From positions 1 through 46,115 of the forward strand of contig JAQXFY010000066.1 of NCBI GenBank assembly GCA_029006015.1: a stretch of DNA of 46,115 bases, in the 5' to 3' direction. Position 1 is the stretch's first letter. The number at the start of each line of letters is the position of its first letter. Shown in pieces: positions 28,698 through 37,995 of the stretch. The translations under genes and the position numbers were made by a program. Below the pieces are notes generated by a model. It was given only the letters and a program-made list of their open reading frames with translations, was not told the DNA's origin and searched no databases. Source of the stretch: a bacterium (GTDB taxonomy: Bacteria > Bacillota > Clostridia > Christensenellales > SUG1161).

Positions 28698-28883
28698 ATG
28701 CGTGATCTATCCGAAAAAGAATTGGCCGGCCTGCATGATATGCTCGATAGCGAGGGGCTTTTAATCAAAAAGTTCCAGCTGCTGTCCGACATGGCGACCG
28801 ATGCCGATATCAAGGGCCGCCTGCAGGGCATTGTGGCCATCCATCAAAGCCACTATAACCGGCTGTTCCAGCAGCTAAACTAA
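28698..28883 (+). CDS. Small spore-coat-associated ferritin-like protein
   Basis: LSEKEL..L.D.L..E.LLIKKF...HQSHYNRLFQQLN; strong RBS AAGGAGG; precedes the Coat_F gene. Confidence 0.8.
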   Translation: MRDLSEKELAGLHDMLDSEGLLIKKFQLLSDMATDADIKGRLQGIVAIHQSHYNRLFQQLN

Positions 28884-28895
28884 GGAGGAAAACCT

Positions 28896-29168
28896 ATGCA
28901 AAACAATGCCTGCTTTGGCGATAAGGAAATTTTGACCGATGCCCTTCATGCGGAAAAGGAAGCTACCAAACTGTATAATACCTGCGCAAATGAATGTGCG
29001 CACCCGGAACTGCGGAATGTGCTGATGAGCCTGTTAAATGAAGAGCACGATCTGCAGTTTGAGGTATTCAACGCCATGCATGCCCGCGGCATGTATCCCA
29101 CGCCCGCGGCGGAGCAAACCAAGATCGAGCAGACCAGGCAAACCTTTGCCGCCCAGGCTACCAACTAA
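28896..29168 (+). CDS. Coat F domain spore protein
   Basis: DKEILTDAL..EK....YNTCANECAHPELR, EEH, MHARGMYP. Confidence 0.88.
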   Translation: MQNNACFGDKEILTDALHAEKEATKLYNTCANECAHPELRNVLMSLLNEEHDLQFEVFNAMHARGMYPTPAAEQTKIEQTRQTFAAQATN

Positions 29169-29179
29169 ACCTTTAGCCC

Positions 29180-29209
29180 AAAAAGCACCCGCTTGCCGGG
29201 TGCTTTTTT
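29180..29209. terminator. Bidirectional terminator
   Basis: AAAAAGCACCCG-CTTGC-CGGGTGCTTTTTT. Confidence 0.85.
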
Positions 29210-29479
29210 GATGCCCGATAAACGATAGCCATCGTCTACAACGGAGGCGTTTGCCGGCAAGCGGTTTGGCCAAATAACGGCACTGCCAGGGGACGCCGGT
29301 ATGGCTGGCCTGCCGTGTGTGGCGCTATAAGGAAACGCCGCAAGGGCTATGCAGGCTTGCATGCCGTTGCGGCGTAAAGCGATATGCCGGAAGTTTGGCG
29401 GCCGGCCCGCCGGGGTTAAAACCGATAGGCGGTTTGGGGCTATGCCGATACCGGGCAATTTTTCCGGCAGGGGGCGGGG

Positions 29480-30205
29480 TTACTCGACAAACCTAACCTC
29501 GATCTCCCCAAAGTGAACGCTGCCGTGCAGGGTAACCTGCGGTGCATCCCCTTCGGGCTGGGCGGCACGGCTGCCCATCTTGACGGAGCCAAAAGCCGTG
29601 CTGATCTGGTCCACCACGCGCCAGCCGGCAGGAAGATATAAAATCATGTTGCCAAAGCTGCATTCCAGGTAAAGATTGGCGCCGTTGGGGCTTAAGGAAA
29701 CCTGATTACAATATACCTGAAGCTGGCCGAAGGAGGCGGAAAACTGCCCTTCCTCCAGGTTGTCCGCCGTCAGATGCCGGTCGGCCTGGTTAAAGGAAAC
29801 GCGGGCATATGGGTGGTTATCATCCCCGCCCTCCTCGGCTTTCATGGGCGGGCGGACGGTGCCATTGTGCACCTGTTTTACTTTTTTCCATTTGCAGCGG
29901 GGGTGCAGCAGAATGTTCAGGCCAATGCCGGCAAGCGCCGCTGCCAGCAGCAGCAACCAGGGGTTGATATAATGGAAATGAAGGGGCTTTTGGTAGATCA
30001 TGTACAATACGGCAAGCGAGATCAGCATGCCAAAGGCCTGCATGTCCAAAATGCTTTGAATAAACAGGGCAACCAGCAGCACGGTGGCCAGCAAGGTCCA
30101 GAAGCCTACCTGCGCAAAAGAACCAAACTGGCTGGCGATGACCAGCACTGCGGCCAGCAGGAAATAAGTTCCCCATAACCAGGTGCGATAGCGGTTGTTT
30201 TTCAT
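29480..30205 (-). CDS. LiaF-like cell-envelope stress membrane protein
   Basis: Four N-terminal TM segments, then xFG beta-repeats (ASFG, CSFG, TAFG, VHFG) and LYLPAGWRV. Confidence 0.78.
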   Translation of the reverse strand: MKNNRYRTWLWGTYFLLAAVLVIASQFGSFAQVGFWTLLATVLLVALFIQSILDMQAFGMLISLAVLYMIYQKPLHFHYINPWLLLLAAALAGIGLNILLHPRCKWKKVKQVHNGTVRPPMKAEEGGDDNHPYARVSFNQADRHLTADNLEEGQFSASFGQLQVYCNQVSLSPNGANLYLECSFGNMILYLPAGWRVVDQISTAFGSVKMGSRAAQPEGDAPQVTLHGSVHFGEIEVRFVE

Positions 30206-30273
30206 CGGTAACCTCCTTAAAACCTGCGGCCAAGGGGCTGTTATCGCCCTTTGCCCGTGGATAAGATAAGGTT

Positions 30274-30302
30274 AGCATAAGGTTGGACGGATGCGCTGTC
30301 AA
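30274..30302 (-). promoter_or_regulatory. Sigma-A promoter of the LiaF-like gene
   Basis: Minus strand TTGACA-N17-TATGCT. Confidence 0.75.
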
Positions 30303-30364
30303 GATAATATTCGCTTAAACCAACATAAAAACGAATGAAAACCTGCACAAACGGTTTCAAAAAC

Positions 30365-31573
30365 CTAGCCGCCCGTGGATGCGTCGGGCGTGCCATCCCA
30401 GGAAAGGGGCGCATCCCCCAGCCGCCCGGATTGCGCCAGCAGCCGGTACAGGGTTGGCTGAACATGAAATTCCCGCATAAAGCTAAGGGCCTCTTCCAGC
30501 TGCGGGTGGGGCGTTTTAATCGGCGCTGCCGGTTTTTTGACCGCCCGGATCAAAAGGTTTTTGGGTGTGTGCGCCATGTTGATAAATTCCAGCAGCTGCG
30601 TTTTGTAGCCGCAGCAGGCCAGCAGGTTGGCGCGCAGGGCGTCGGTGGCCAGGGCGGAAAAGCGTTCCTGTATAATGCCGTAGCGCGTCATTAAGCCCAA
30701 GGATTGGGTGTGGATGGCGGCGTTAACCTCGTGCTGGCAGCAGGGAACCGATAAAATAAAGCGGGCCCCCCAGCAAATGGCGTTATATAAGGCATGATCT
30801 GTTGCGGTATCGCAGGCGTGGAGCGTGACAACCATGTCCACATCGAAGGGCGCGCGGTAACCGTTGATATCGCCAAGCTCAAAATGCAAATGCTCATAAC
30901 CATATGCCTGTGCGGCAGCGTTGCAGCGGGCAATAACCTCTTCCTTTAGATCCAGGCCGATCATTTCCACATCCATGTGCTTGATGGCCGTAAAATAATG
31001 GTACAGCACAAATGTCAGGTAGGATTTGCCGCAGCCAAAGTCGATGATGCGCAGGCTATTGCCGGTATAGCCACGCAGGCAATCGTCCACCATCTCCAGA
31101 AAACGGTTGATCTGCTTAAATTTATCATACATCGCCCGGATGATTTTGCCCTCCGGCGTAAAGATGCCCATATCCACCAGCGGGGCGATGGGGGCGCCTT
31201 CCTCCAGCAGATAGCGTTTTTGCCGGTTGTGCTGGCCGGAAACAGGGGCGATGGGCGCGGCCAGCTTTCTTTGTTTGCAGGTAACCTTGCCTTTTTTGCT
31301 GATTAAAAGCATGTGCTCTTGCGCAGGGTCCCATGCGTTTATTTGCAGGTACTGCCCGGGTACGGTTTCCAGCAGGTAGGCGGCAAGGTGATCGGGCGAC
31401 ATGTTTATGTGGTACACCTGGGTGTGGGTATACTGGGCGGCCTGATAATAGTCCGCCCGGCGCTCGATAACGATTTTTACATAGGGCGCCGATGGGGTGG
31501 CCGGTTTGCTGATGACCATCTTTTTTACATCATGCGCCGCCAAGGCGCGCAGGTTATCGTAAAGCTCAGTCAT
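30365..31573 (-). CDS. SAM-dependent methyltransferase (Methyltransf_32-like)
   Basis: KFKQINRFLE, IIDFGCGKSYLTF, LHACDTATD, VPCCQHE, HTPKN; ATG 31573 after AAAGGAG; promoter TTGACA-N17-TATGCT at 31719-31691. Confidence 0.9.
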   Translation of the reverse strand: MTELYDNLRALAAHDVKKMVISKPATPSAPYVKIVIERRADYYQAAQYTHTQVYHINMSPDHLAAYLLETVPGQYLQINAWDPAQEHMLLISKKGKVTCKQRKLAAPIAPVSGQHNRQKRYLLEEGAPIAPLVDMGIFTPEGKIIRAMYDKFKQINRFLEMVDDCLRGYTGNSLRIIDFGCGKSYLTFVLYHYFTAIKHMDVEMIGLDLKEEVIARCNAAAQAYGYEHLHFELGDINGYRAPFDVDMVVTLHACDTATDHALYNAICWGARFILSVPCCQHEVNAAIHTQSLGLMTRYGIIQERFSALATDALRANLLACCGYKTQLLEFINMAHTPKNLLIRAVKKPAAPIKTPHPQLEEALSFMREFHVQPTLYRLLAQSGRLGDAPLSWDGTPDASTGG

Positions 31574-31865
31574 GATGGCTCCTTTAAACAGGGCATATCC
31601 CGGCATGCCTTCCATGGTGCAGCGGGTTTTTGTGCAAAATGGCAGCATGCGGCGGATAGGGACATGGGGCATGGATACTCGAATAAGCGTAGCATACGGG
31701 ATGGCATAGGCGCTGTCAAGAACAGGGGCCGCTTGTTTTAATGGCAAAGGGGGCGCGGGTAAAATAAGGAACAGAAAGAATATTTTGCCGTTTGGGCAGC
31801 TTTTGGCGCCGGCAGATGATACAATAAAGGCAGAGAGCATTTGGATACCAGGAAGGAGGAGGGTT

Positions 31866-33002
31866 ATGGGAAAATCCTATTCGCCCCTTACGTATGTTGC
31901 CAGGGATGAAGAGGGCATCCATCGGGGGTTGGAAATTTGTGTTCCGGGCAGCTGCATTGCCATTGCGCCGGGGCATTACCGCCTGCATCGCCCCATCCAT
32001 TTTCAGGGGCTGAGCCATGTGGTGCTGACCAGCCTGACCGGCCGGGCGGAGGATGTTGTTTTGGAAGGCGGCGGCTTCCATCGCGGCGAAGACGGCCGCC
32101 AGGATGAGTTGATTATGCTGTCCGGCCCGTGCCAGCATATTACCGTGCGCGCCCTGACGCTGCAAAACGCCAACTGCCATGGCGTCAAGGTGGAAGGCAG
32201 CGATGGCATGGCCAATCTGACGGTGGAATACTGCCGCTTTTTGAACATTGGCCAGCGCATGATAAAGGGCTCCTTCCCGGTCAATATGGAGCGCGGGGTG
32301 CCCGGGGTGTTTATCCACCACAACCATTTTGAAAATACCCTCGTCCCCGTGGCGGAGGATCACAACCCCGAATTAGATGGCGATTATATCGCCGGTATCG
32401 ATATGATGGGCCTAAACGGCGCCGTTATTTCCGATAACACGTTTAAAAATATCCGCGGCAAAAATGGCGGCGGCCGGGGGGCCATCTTTATCTGGGTCAA
32501 TTCCCGCCATGTGCTGGCCGAGCGCAACCATATCGTGGGCTGCGACAGGGGAATTTGCTTTGGCAACCCTTCCCCCAGCCAGTTTGGCCTGGATATCCAT
32601 ATGACCGATGGCATCATCCGCAACAATACCATTGCCGGGGCGGAATTTATCCCCATCGAATTTGCGCACGTTAACGGGGTGGATATTGCGCATAATACGG
32701 TGTGCGCCTGCGGAGCGTGCGCGCGCGGCATCGTGCAGACGCACCCGGATAGCGCGCGCGGCGTCAGCATCCGCAATAACCTGGTATATGGCCGCATCTT
32801 GTCCCAGCAGGCCGTGGTATATGGTAATATTGAGGAGGGTGTCGCACCCGATTGGTTTATGGATGCCCCAAAAGGCGATCTGCGCCTTAAGCCGGACAAG
32901 CGGGATAAGGCCATCTGCCCCAGTATGCTGGCCGCCGTGGAATGGGATTGTCTGGAAAAACGCCGCAGCTGGCCGCCGGTTGCCGGGGCCTACGGGGAAT
33001 AG
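31866..33002 (+). CDS. Right-handed parallel beta-helix repeat protein
   Basis: IAIAPGHY start motif and repeated I.(D/H/R)N.(F/I) coils; no signal peptide; RBS AGGAGG. Confidence 0.8.
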   Translation: MGKSYSPLTYVARDEEGIHRGLEICVPGSCIAIAPGHYRLHRPIHFQGLSHVVLTSLTGRAEDVVLEGGGFHRGEDGRQDELIMLSGPCQHITVRALTLQNANCHGVKVEGSDGMANLTVEYCRFLNIGQRMIKGSFPVNMERGVPGVFIHHNHFENTLVPVAEDHNPELDGDYIAGIDMMGLNGAVISDNTFKNIRGKNGGGRGAIFIWVNSRHVLAERNHIVGCDRGICFGNPSPSQFGLDIHMTDGIIRNNTIAGAEFIPIEFAHVNGVDIAHNTVCACGACARGIVQTHPDSARGVSIRNNLVYGRILSQQAVVYGNIEEGVAPDWFMDAPKGDLRLKPDKRDKAICPSMLAAVEWDCLEKRRSWPPVAGAYGE

Positions 33003-33012
33003 GGGGAAAACC

Positions 33013-33789
33013 ATGAAAATTGGTGTTTGTGTTGCGCCGGAGCAATGGCAAATAGCCGCCGGCGCCGCGGATTATATCGAACTGCCTTTTTGCACCGTTG
33101 CCGCCATGGAAAATGGGGCGTTTGAGGCTTTGGCCCTGGCGATTGAAAAGGCGGGCGCGTGTGTGGCTGCGATGAACCTGTTTTTGCCGTCCACCCTGCG
33201 CCTGACCGGCCCGGATGCGGATATGGAAGGCGCGCTTGCCTTTGTTGCCACCGGCATGGAGCGGGCACGGCGGCTGGGGGCGCGCGTGGTGGCCTTTGGC
33301 AGCTCCGGCGCGCGCAATGTGCCCGAGGGCTTTTCGCCGGACAGGGCCTGGCAGCAGGTGATCGGCTTTTTGCGGGCGGCAGGCCCGATCGCAAAGCGCA
33401 ACGGCATTGTGCTGGCGATGGAGCCGCTGCGCAGGCAGGAATGCAACCTGGTGGTCACCGTGGAGGAGGCTTGCCGCATCGAGCAGCAGGCCGGCGCCCC
33501 GGGCACGGCGGTTATGGCCGATTACTATCACATTGCGGAAAATAAGGAAGGCTTTGGCGGCATTGCCCTGGCCGGATGCCGTCTGTCGCATGCCCATATT
33601 GCCGATCCCAACGGGCGCCGGGTGCCCTTGCCCGAGTATGGGCATGATTATACCGGCTTTTTTGCAGCCCTTGCGGGTATTGGCTATACCGGCCGGCTTA
33701 GCATCGAAGGGGGCTCGGCAGATTTGGCTGTGCAGCTGCCGCCCGCCGTGGCTTATCTGAAAGATCTGGCAGCACAGGCCGGGCTGTAG
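33013..33789 (+). CDS. Sugar phosphate isomerase/epimerase (xylose-isomerase-like TIM barrel)
   Basis: VAFGSSGAR, AMEPL, ADYYH, HAHIAD, GYTGRLSIE metal ligands. Confidence 0.9.
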   Translation: MKIGVCVAPEQWQIAAGAADYIELPFCTVAAMENGAFEALALAIEKAGACVAAMNLFLPSTLRLTGPDADMEGALAFVATGMERARRLGARVVAFGSSGARNVPEGFSPDRAWQQVIGFLRAAGPIAKRNGIVLAMEPLRRQECNLVVTVEEACRIEQQAGAPGTAVMADYYHIAENKEGFGGIALAGCRLSHAHIADPNGRRVPLPEYGHDYTGFFAALAGIGYTGRLSIEGGSADLAVQLPPAVAYLKDLAAQAGL

Positions 33790-33809
33790 CCATGCCGCGC
33801 CGGGAAAGG

Positions 33810-35081
33810 ATGATACCATTGAATGATACCTGGGATGCGCTGGGCCTGTCGCCCGCAACCATTTTGCTGCCGGCTAAAGGCGTCGATCTGGCCAAATGGG
33901 CCGTGGTGGCGTGCGATCAATATACCTCCCAGCCGGGCTACTGGCAGCAGGTGGAACAGATAGTGGGCAATGTCCCCTCTACCCTGCATCTGATGCTGCC
34001 GGAGGTTTATTTGGGTGCGCCCGATGAAAAGGCGCGCCAGCAGGCGGTGCTGGATAACATGGCGGAGTACCGGCAAAAGGGTGTTTTTGCCCCGGGGATG
34101 GAGGGCATGGTGCTTGTCCGGCGCCAGGTATCGGCCGGGGTGCGCACCGGCCTGGTTGCCGCCATCGATTTGGAGCAATATGATTTTTCGCCCGATAGCC
34201 ACAGCCTGATCCGGGCGACGGAGCGCACCATTGCCGAACGCCTGCCGCCCCGCGTGGCCATTCGCAGCCGGGCGGAGCTGGAGCTGCCCCATGTCATGCT
34301 GCTGATCGATGATCCGCACGATGGCGTATTGGGCCCGCTGGCCCGATCGGTGGCGGGAAGCACGCCGCTGTATGATATTAATTTAATGCAGCACGGCGGC
34401 CATATTACCGGGTGGCGCGTGCCGCCTGGTGCGTACCCTGCCCTGCGGGACAACCTGGCCGCGCTGGCTGTTGGGGAGCACCCCATCCTGTTTGCCGTGG
34501 GCGATGGTAACCACTCGCTGGCTACGGCCAAGGTATACTGGCAGCAAGTCAAGGCGGGCCTGACGCCCGACCAATGCCTGGGGCATCCCGCGCGCTATTG
34601 TTTGGTGGAAATCGTCAACCTGCACGATCCCGCGCTTGTTTTCCATCCCATCCACCGCGTGCTCTTTGGCATAGATGGCGGGCAGGCGCTGGACGAGTTG
34701 GCCGCCATTTTGCGGGATATGGGGTGCCAGGTCAACACCTGCGGTGGCCTGGGCCACAGCGTACAAACCATTTCCTGCCATGGAAAGGGCATTTTATGCT
34801 TTGAACGGCCGGGGGCCGGCTTACCGCTGACGCTGCTTCAGCCGGCGGTGGAAACCTTATTGGCCCGTCATCCGGATATGCGTGTGGATTATGTCCATGG
34901 CGATGATGCCGCCCGCCAGCTGGCAGCGGGGCCAAATTGCCTGGGGCTTTTGATCGCGCCGCTGGATAAAAGCGCGCTTTTTACCGAAGTCAACGCCAAC
35001 GGCCCGCTGCAGCTTAAAACTTTTTCCATGGGCGAGGCCGATGATAAGCGCTTTTATATGGAATGCCGTGCCATCCGCTGA
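33810..35081 (+). CDS. DUF1015 family protein
   Basis: KWAVVACDQYTS, IRATERT, ELPHVMLLIDD, FAVGDGNHSLATAK, FHPIHRV, KTFSMG; TTG 33819 is an alternative start. Confidence 0.85.
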   Translation: MIPLNDTWDALGLSPATILLPAKGVDLAKWAVVACDQYTSQPGYWQQVEQIVGNVPSTLHLMLPEVYLGAPDEKARQQAVLDNMAEYRQKGVFAPGMEGMVLVRRQVSAGVRTGLVAAIDLEQYDFSPDSHSLIRATERTIAERLPPRVAIRSRAELELPHVMLLIDDPHDGVLGPLARSVAGSTPLYDINLMQHGGHITGWRVPPGAYPALRDNLAALAVGEHPILFAVGDGNHSLATAKVYWQQVKAGLTPDQCLGHPARYCLVEIVNLHDPALVFHPIHRVLFGIDGGQALDELAAILRDMGCQVNTCGGLGHSVQTISCHGKGILCFERPGAGLPLTLLQPAVETLLARHPDMRVDYVHGDDAARQLAAGPNCLGLLIAPLDKSALFTEVNANGPLQLKTFSMGEADDKRFYMECRAIR

Positions 35082-35114
35082 CGGCAAGCGGCCTTTACAG
35101 GTGCAGCCGGCATT

Positions 35115-35148
35115 AAAAGGGCTTCCCCGCTTGGGGGAAGCCTTTTTT
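35115..35148. terminator. Bidirectional terminator between DUF1015 and serA
   Basis: AAAAGGGCTTCCCC-GCTT-GGGGGAAGCCTTTTTT. Confidence 0.8.
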
Positions 35149-35310
35149 GTGGGAAGATGGATGGGGCGGGCCAAGGTGGGGCAAAAACAGTCCCCATCAG
35201 CAAACGATATCTTTTGTATACATGGCTGCCTGCGGCATAAACCAACAGCGCCCGCCGTTTGCCGGGCAGGCGCTGCTTGTAAAAGCGTATTTTAACCCGT
35301 GGCCGCGCCG

Positions 35311-36477
35311 TTAGTAGACCACGCGCACCCGGCAGATGCCGTCGATGGCGCGGATATGCTCCAGGCAACCGGCCGAGGGCCCCTCGGATAAATCCAGCAG
35401 GGTGTAGGCATAGCTGCCCCGGCTTTTGTTTATCATGTTTTCGATGTTGATGTTATCGCGCGCGATGATGGAGGTGATCTGCCCCACCATGTTGGCAATA
35501 TTTTGGTGAATGATGGCCAGCCGGTGCGGGGCAGAGGGCGCCATCTCGCATGCGGGCAGGTTGACGGCATTATGGATGGCCCCGGTTTCCAGGTATTGGC
35601 GCAGCTGGCGCGCCGCCATCTCGGCGCAGTTTTCCTCCGATTCCGGGGTGGAAGCACCCAGGTGGGGCAGGGCGATAACGCCTTCATGGCACAAAACATC
35701 GTCATTTGGGAAATCGGTTACATAGTGGCGCAGATGGCCGTTGTCCAGCGCCGCAATCACGGCGGCGGAATCAACCAGCTCCCCCCGGGAAAAGTTAAGC
35801 AGCACCGCGCCCCGTGGCATGGCGGCCAGCGCCTCGTCATCGATCATGGCGCGGGTGGTATCGTTTAGCGGAAGGTGCAGGGAAATATAATCGCAGCAAG
35901 ATAAAAGCTCGTGTAGATCGGTGGTGCGGGTGACGGAGCGCGTCAATCCCCAGGCCGCTTCAACGGAAATGTACGGATCATATCCCATCACATCCATATC
36001 CAGGCCGCGCGCGGCATTGGCCACCAGCACACCGATGGCCCCCAGGCCAACAATGCCCAGCTTTTTTCCTTTCAGCTCTGGCCCGACAAACTGGGATTTG
36101 CCTTTTTCCACCAGCTTGGCAACCTCCGCCCCCTTGCCCTTTAAGGTTTCCGCCCATCGGGCGCCCTCCAGCACCTTGCGGCAGGACAGCAGCATGCCGC
36201 AGATGACAAGCTCACGCACGGCGTTGGCGTTGGCGCCGGGGGTGTTGAACACCACGATGCCTTGCCGGCTGCAACGGTCCACCGGGATGTTGTTAACGCC
36301 TGCGCCCGCCCGGCCAATGGCCAGCAGGCTGGGCCCCAGCTCCAGGCTGTGCATATCCGCAGAACGCACCAAAATGGCATCGGCACCGGCGATATCCGAG
36401 CCGATGGCGTAGCCCGTATCGGGCAGCTGGCTGCGGATGATGGGCGAGATGGCGTTGAGTGTTTGTACCTTATACAT
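35311..36477 (-). CDS. serA: D-3-phosphoglycerate dehydrogenase with ACT domain
   Basis: RAGAGVNNIP, NTPGANANAV, GLGAIG, NFSRG, PHLGAST, C-terminal ACT; follows serC. Confidence 0.93.
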   Translation of the reverse strand: MYKVQTLNAISPIIRSQLPDTGYAIGSDIAGADAILVRSADMHSLELGPSLLAIGRAGAGVNNIPVDRCSRQGIVVFNTPGANANAVRELVICGMLLSCRKVLEGARWAETLKGKGAEVAKLVEKGKSQFVGPELKGKKLGIVGLGAIGVLVANAARGLDMDVMGYDPYISVEAAWGLTRSVTRTTDLHELLSCCDYISLHLPLNDTTRAMIDDEALAAMPRGAVLLNFSRGELVDSAAVIAALDNGHLRHYVTDFPNDDVLCHEGVIALPHLGASTPESEENCAEMAARQLRQYLETGAIHNAVNLPACEMAPSAPHRLAIIHQNIANMVGQITSIIARDNINIENMINKSRGSYAYTLLDLSEGPSAGCLEHIRAIDGICRVRVVY

Positions 36478-36489
36478 ATCGCTTTCCCC

Positions 36490-37572
36490 TTATGCGTGCC
36501 GGGCTTCAAAGCGTTGCATCAGCGCGGCAAGCGCCTGCACGCCTTCCACCGGCATGGCGTTGTAGATGCTGGCGCGGATGCCGCCAACGGCGCGATGGCC
36601 CTTGAGGTTGACCAGCCCGGCCGCCTTGGCTTCCTTTAAGAAAGCATCCGTCAACTGCTGCGAGGGCAGGGTAAAGGTAACGTTCATGATGGAGCGGCAA
36701 TCGCGGCGGGCCGCTGCTGTAAACAGATTGGATTGGTCCAGCACATCATACAAAAGCGCCGCTTTTTCGCGGTTTTGCTTTTCGATGGCGGCAACGCCGC
36801 CCATTTCTTTGATCCACTCAAAAACCAGCCCCGCCACGTAGATGGACCAGCACGGCGGCGTATTATACATGGACTGGCTGTCCGCATGGGTTTTATAATC
36901 CAGCATCGTGGGGCAGATGGGCTGGGCGTGGCCCAGTAAATCGCGGCGGATGATAACAACCGTCAGCCCCGCAGGCCCCATGTTTTTTTGTGCCCCGGCA
37001 TAGATCAGGCCAAATTTGCGCACATCATATACCTGCCCCAAAATGTTGGAGGACATATCGGCCACCAGCGGTACGCCGCCGGTTTCGGGCAGGGTGGGAT
37101 AGGTGGTGCCAAAGATGGTGTTGTTGGTGGTGATATGCACATAAGAGGCACCGGGCGTAACATCCCGGGGGCCGATGGCGGGAATGTGGGTATAGTTATC
37201 GGCTTTTGAGGACGAGATGATGTTGATGGTGCCAAATTTGGCGGCTTCCTGCGCGGCTTTGGCGGCAAACATGCCGGTTTGTGCATAATCGGCGCTGCCG
37301 CCCTGGGGCATCAGGTTAAGCGGCACCATGGCAAACTGTGTCGATGCGCCGCCCTGCAAAAACAGCACCGCCCATTCCTTTGGAATATCCATGATATCCC
37401 GCAGGGTGGCCTCGGCGCGTGCAATAATCTCTTCATATACAGGGGAGCGGTGGCTCATTTCCATAACGCTCATGCCCGAGCCATGATAGTTTATAAGATC
37501 GCGTTGGGCTTTTTCCAAAACCGGCAGCGGCAGCATGGAAGGCCCGGCAGAAAAGTTAAAAATCCTGTCCAT
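36490..37572 (-). CDS. serC: Phosphoserine aminotransferase
   Basis: NFSAGPS, EMSHRS, QGGASTQF, ADMSS, AGAQKNMG, YNTPP, GHRAVGGIRASIYNA; promoter TTGCCC-N17-TATAAT at 37677-37649. Confidence 0.97.
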   Translation of the reverse strand: MDRIFNFSAGPSMLPLPVLEKAQRDLINYHGSGMSVMEMSHRSPVYEEIIARAEATLRDIMDIPKEWAVLFLQGGASTQFAMVPLNLMPQGGSADYAQTGMFAAKAAQEAAKFGTINIISSSKADNYTHIPAIGPRDVTPGASYVHITTNNTIFGTTYPTLPETGGVPLVADMSSNILGQVYDVRKFGLIYAGAQKNMGPAGLTVVIIRRDLLGHAQPICPTMLDYKTHADSQSMYNTPPCWSIYVAGLVFEWIKEMGGVAAIEKQNREKAALLYDVLDQSNLFTAAARRDCRSIMNVTFTLPSQQLTDAFLKEAKAAGLVNLKGHRAVGGIRASIYNAMPVEGVQALAALMQRFEARHA

Positions 37573-37995
37573 CCTTGATTCCCCCTGTTCTTTGCTATTC
37601 CCACCGTTTGTTCAATGTGCAAAGGGCCGCGGTGGAATAATATTTCCCATTATACAGGAGTATTTATGCCCGGGCAAGCCGGTTGGCTGCCATGCTGCGC
37701 CGGTTTGGTGCTGCGCCGGCCTTATAACGGAGGATAGCCTGCAGCCAAACGGCAAACGCATCAAAAGTTTTGTGCCCGGGCGAACCAGAAGATCGGGCAG
37801 CCCATATATCTGTAGCGGTTAGGCGCTTTTTCCCGGATACGGCGCGGCCGGGGCCCGGTATGGCGGATTGGGGCGCGGGGAGGGGCACTGCGTTAAAATG
37901 GCGTGAAAAGCGGGGCGTAAAATGGGGAAATCCCTATCGATGGCATGCTGTGGCCATGGAATATGGTATAATCAAACCATCACGGATGCGGGGGC

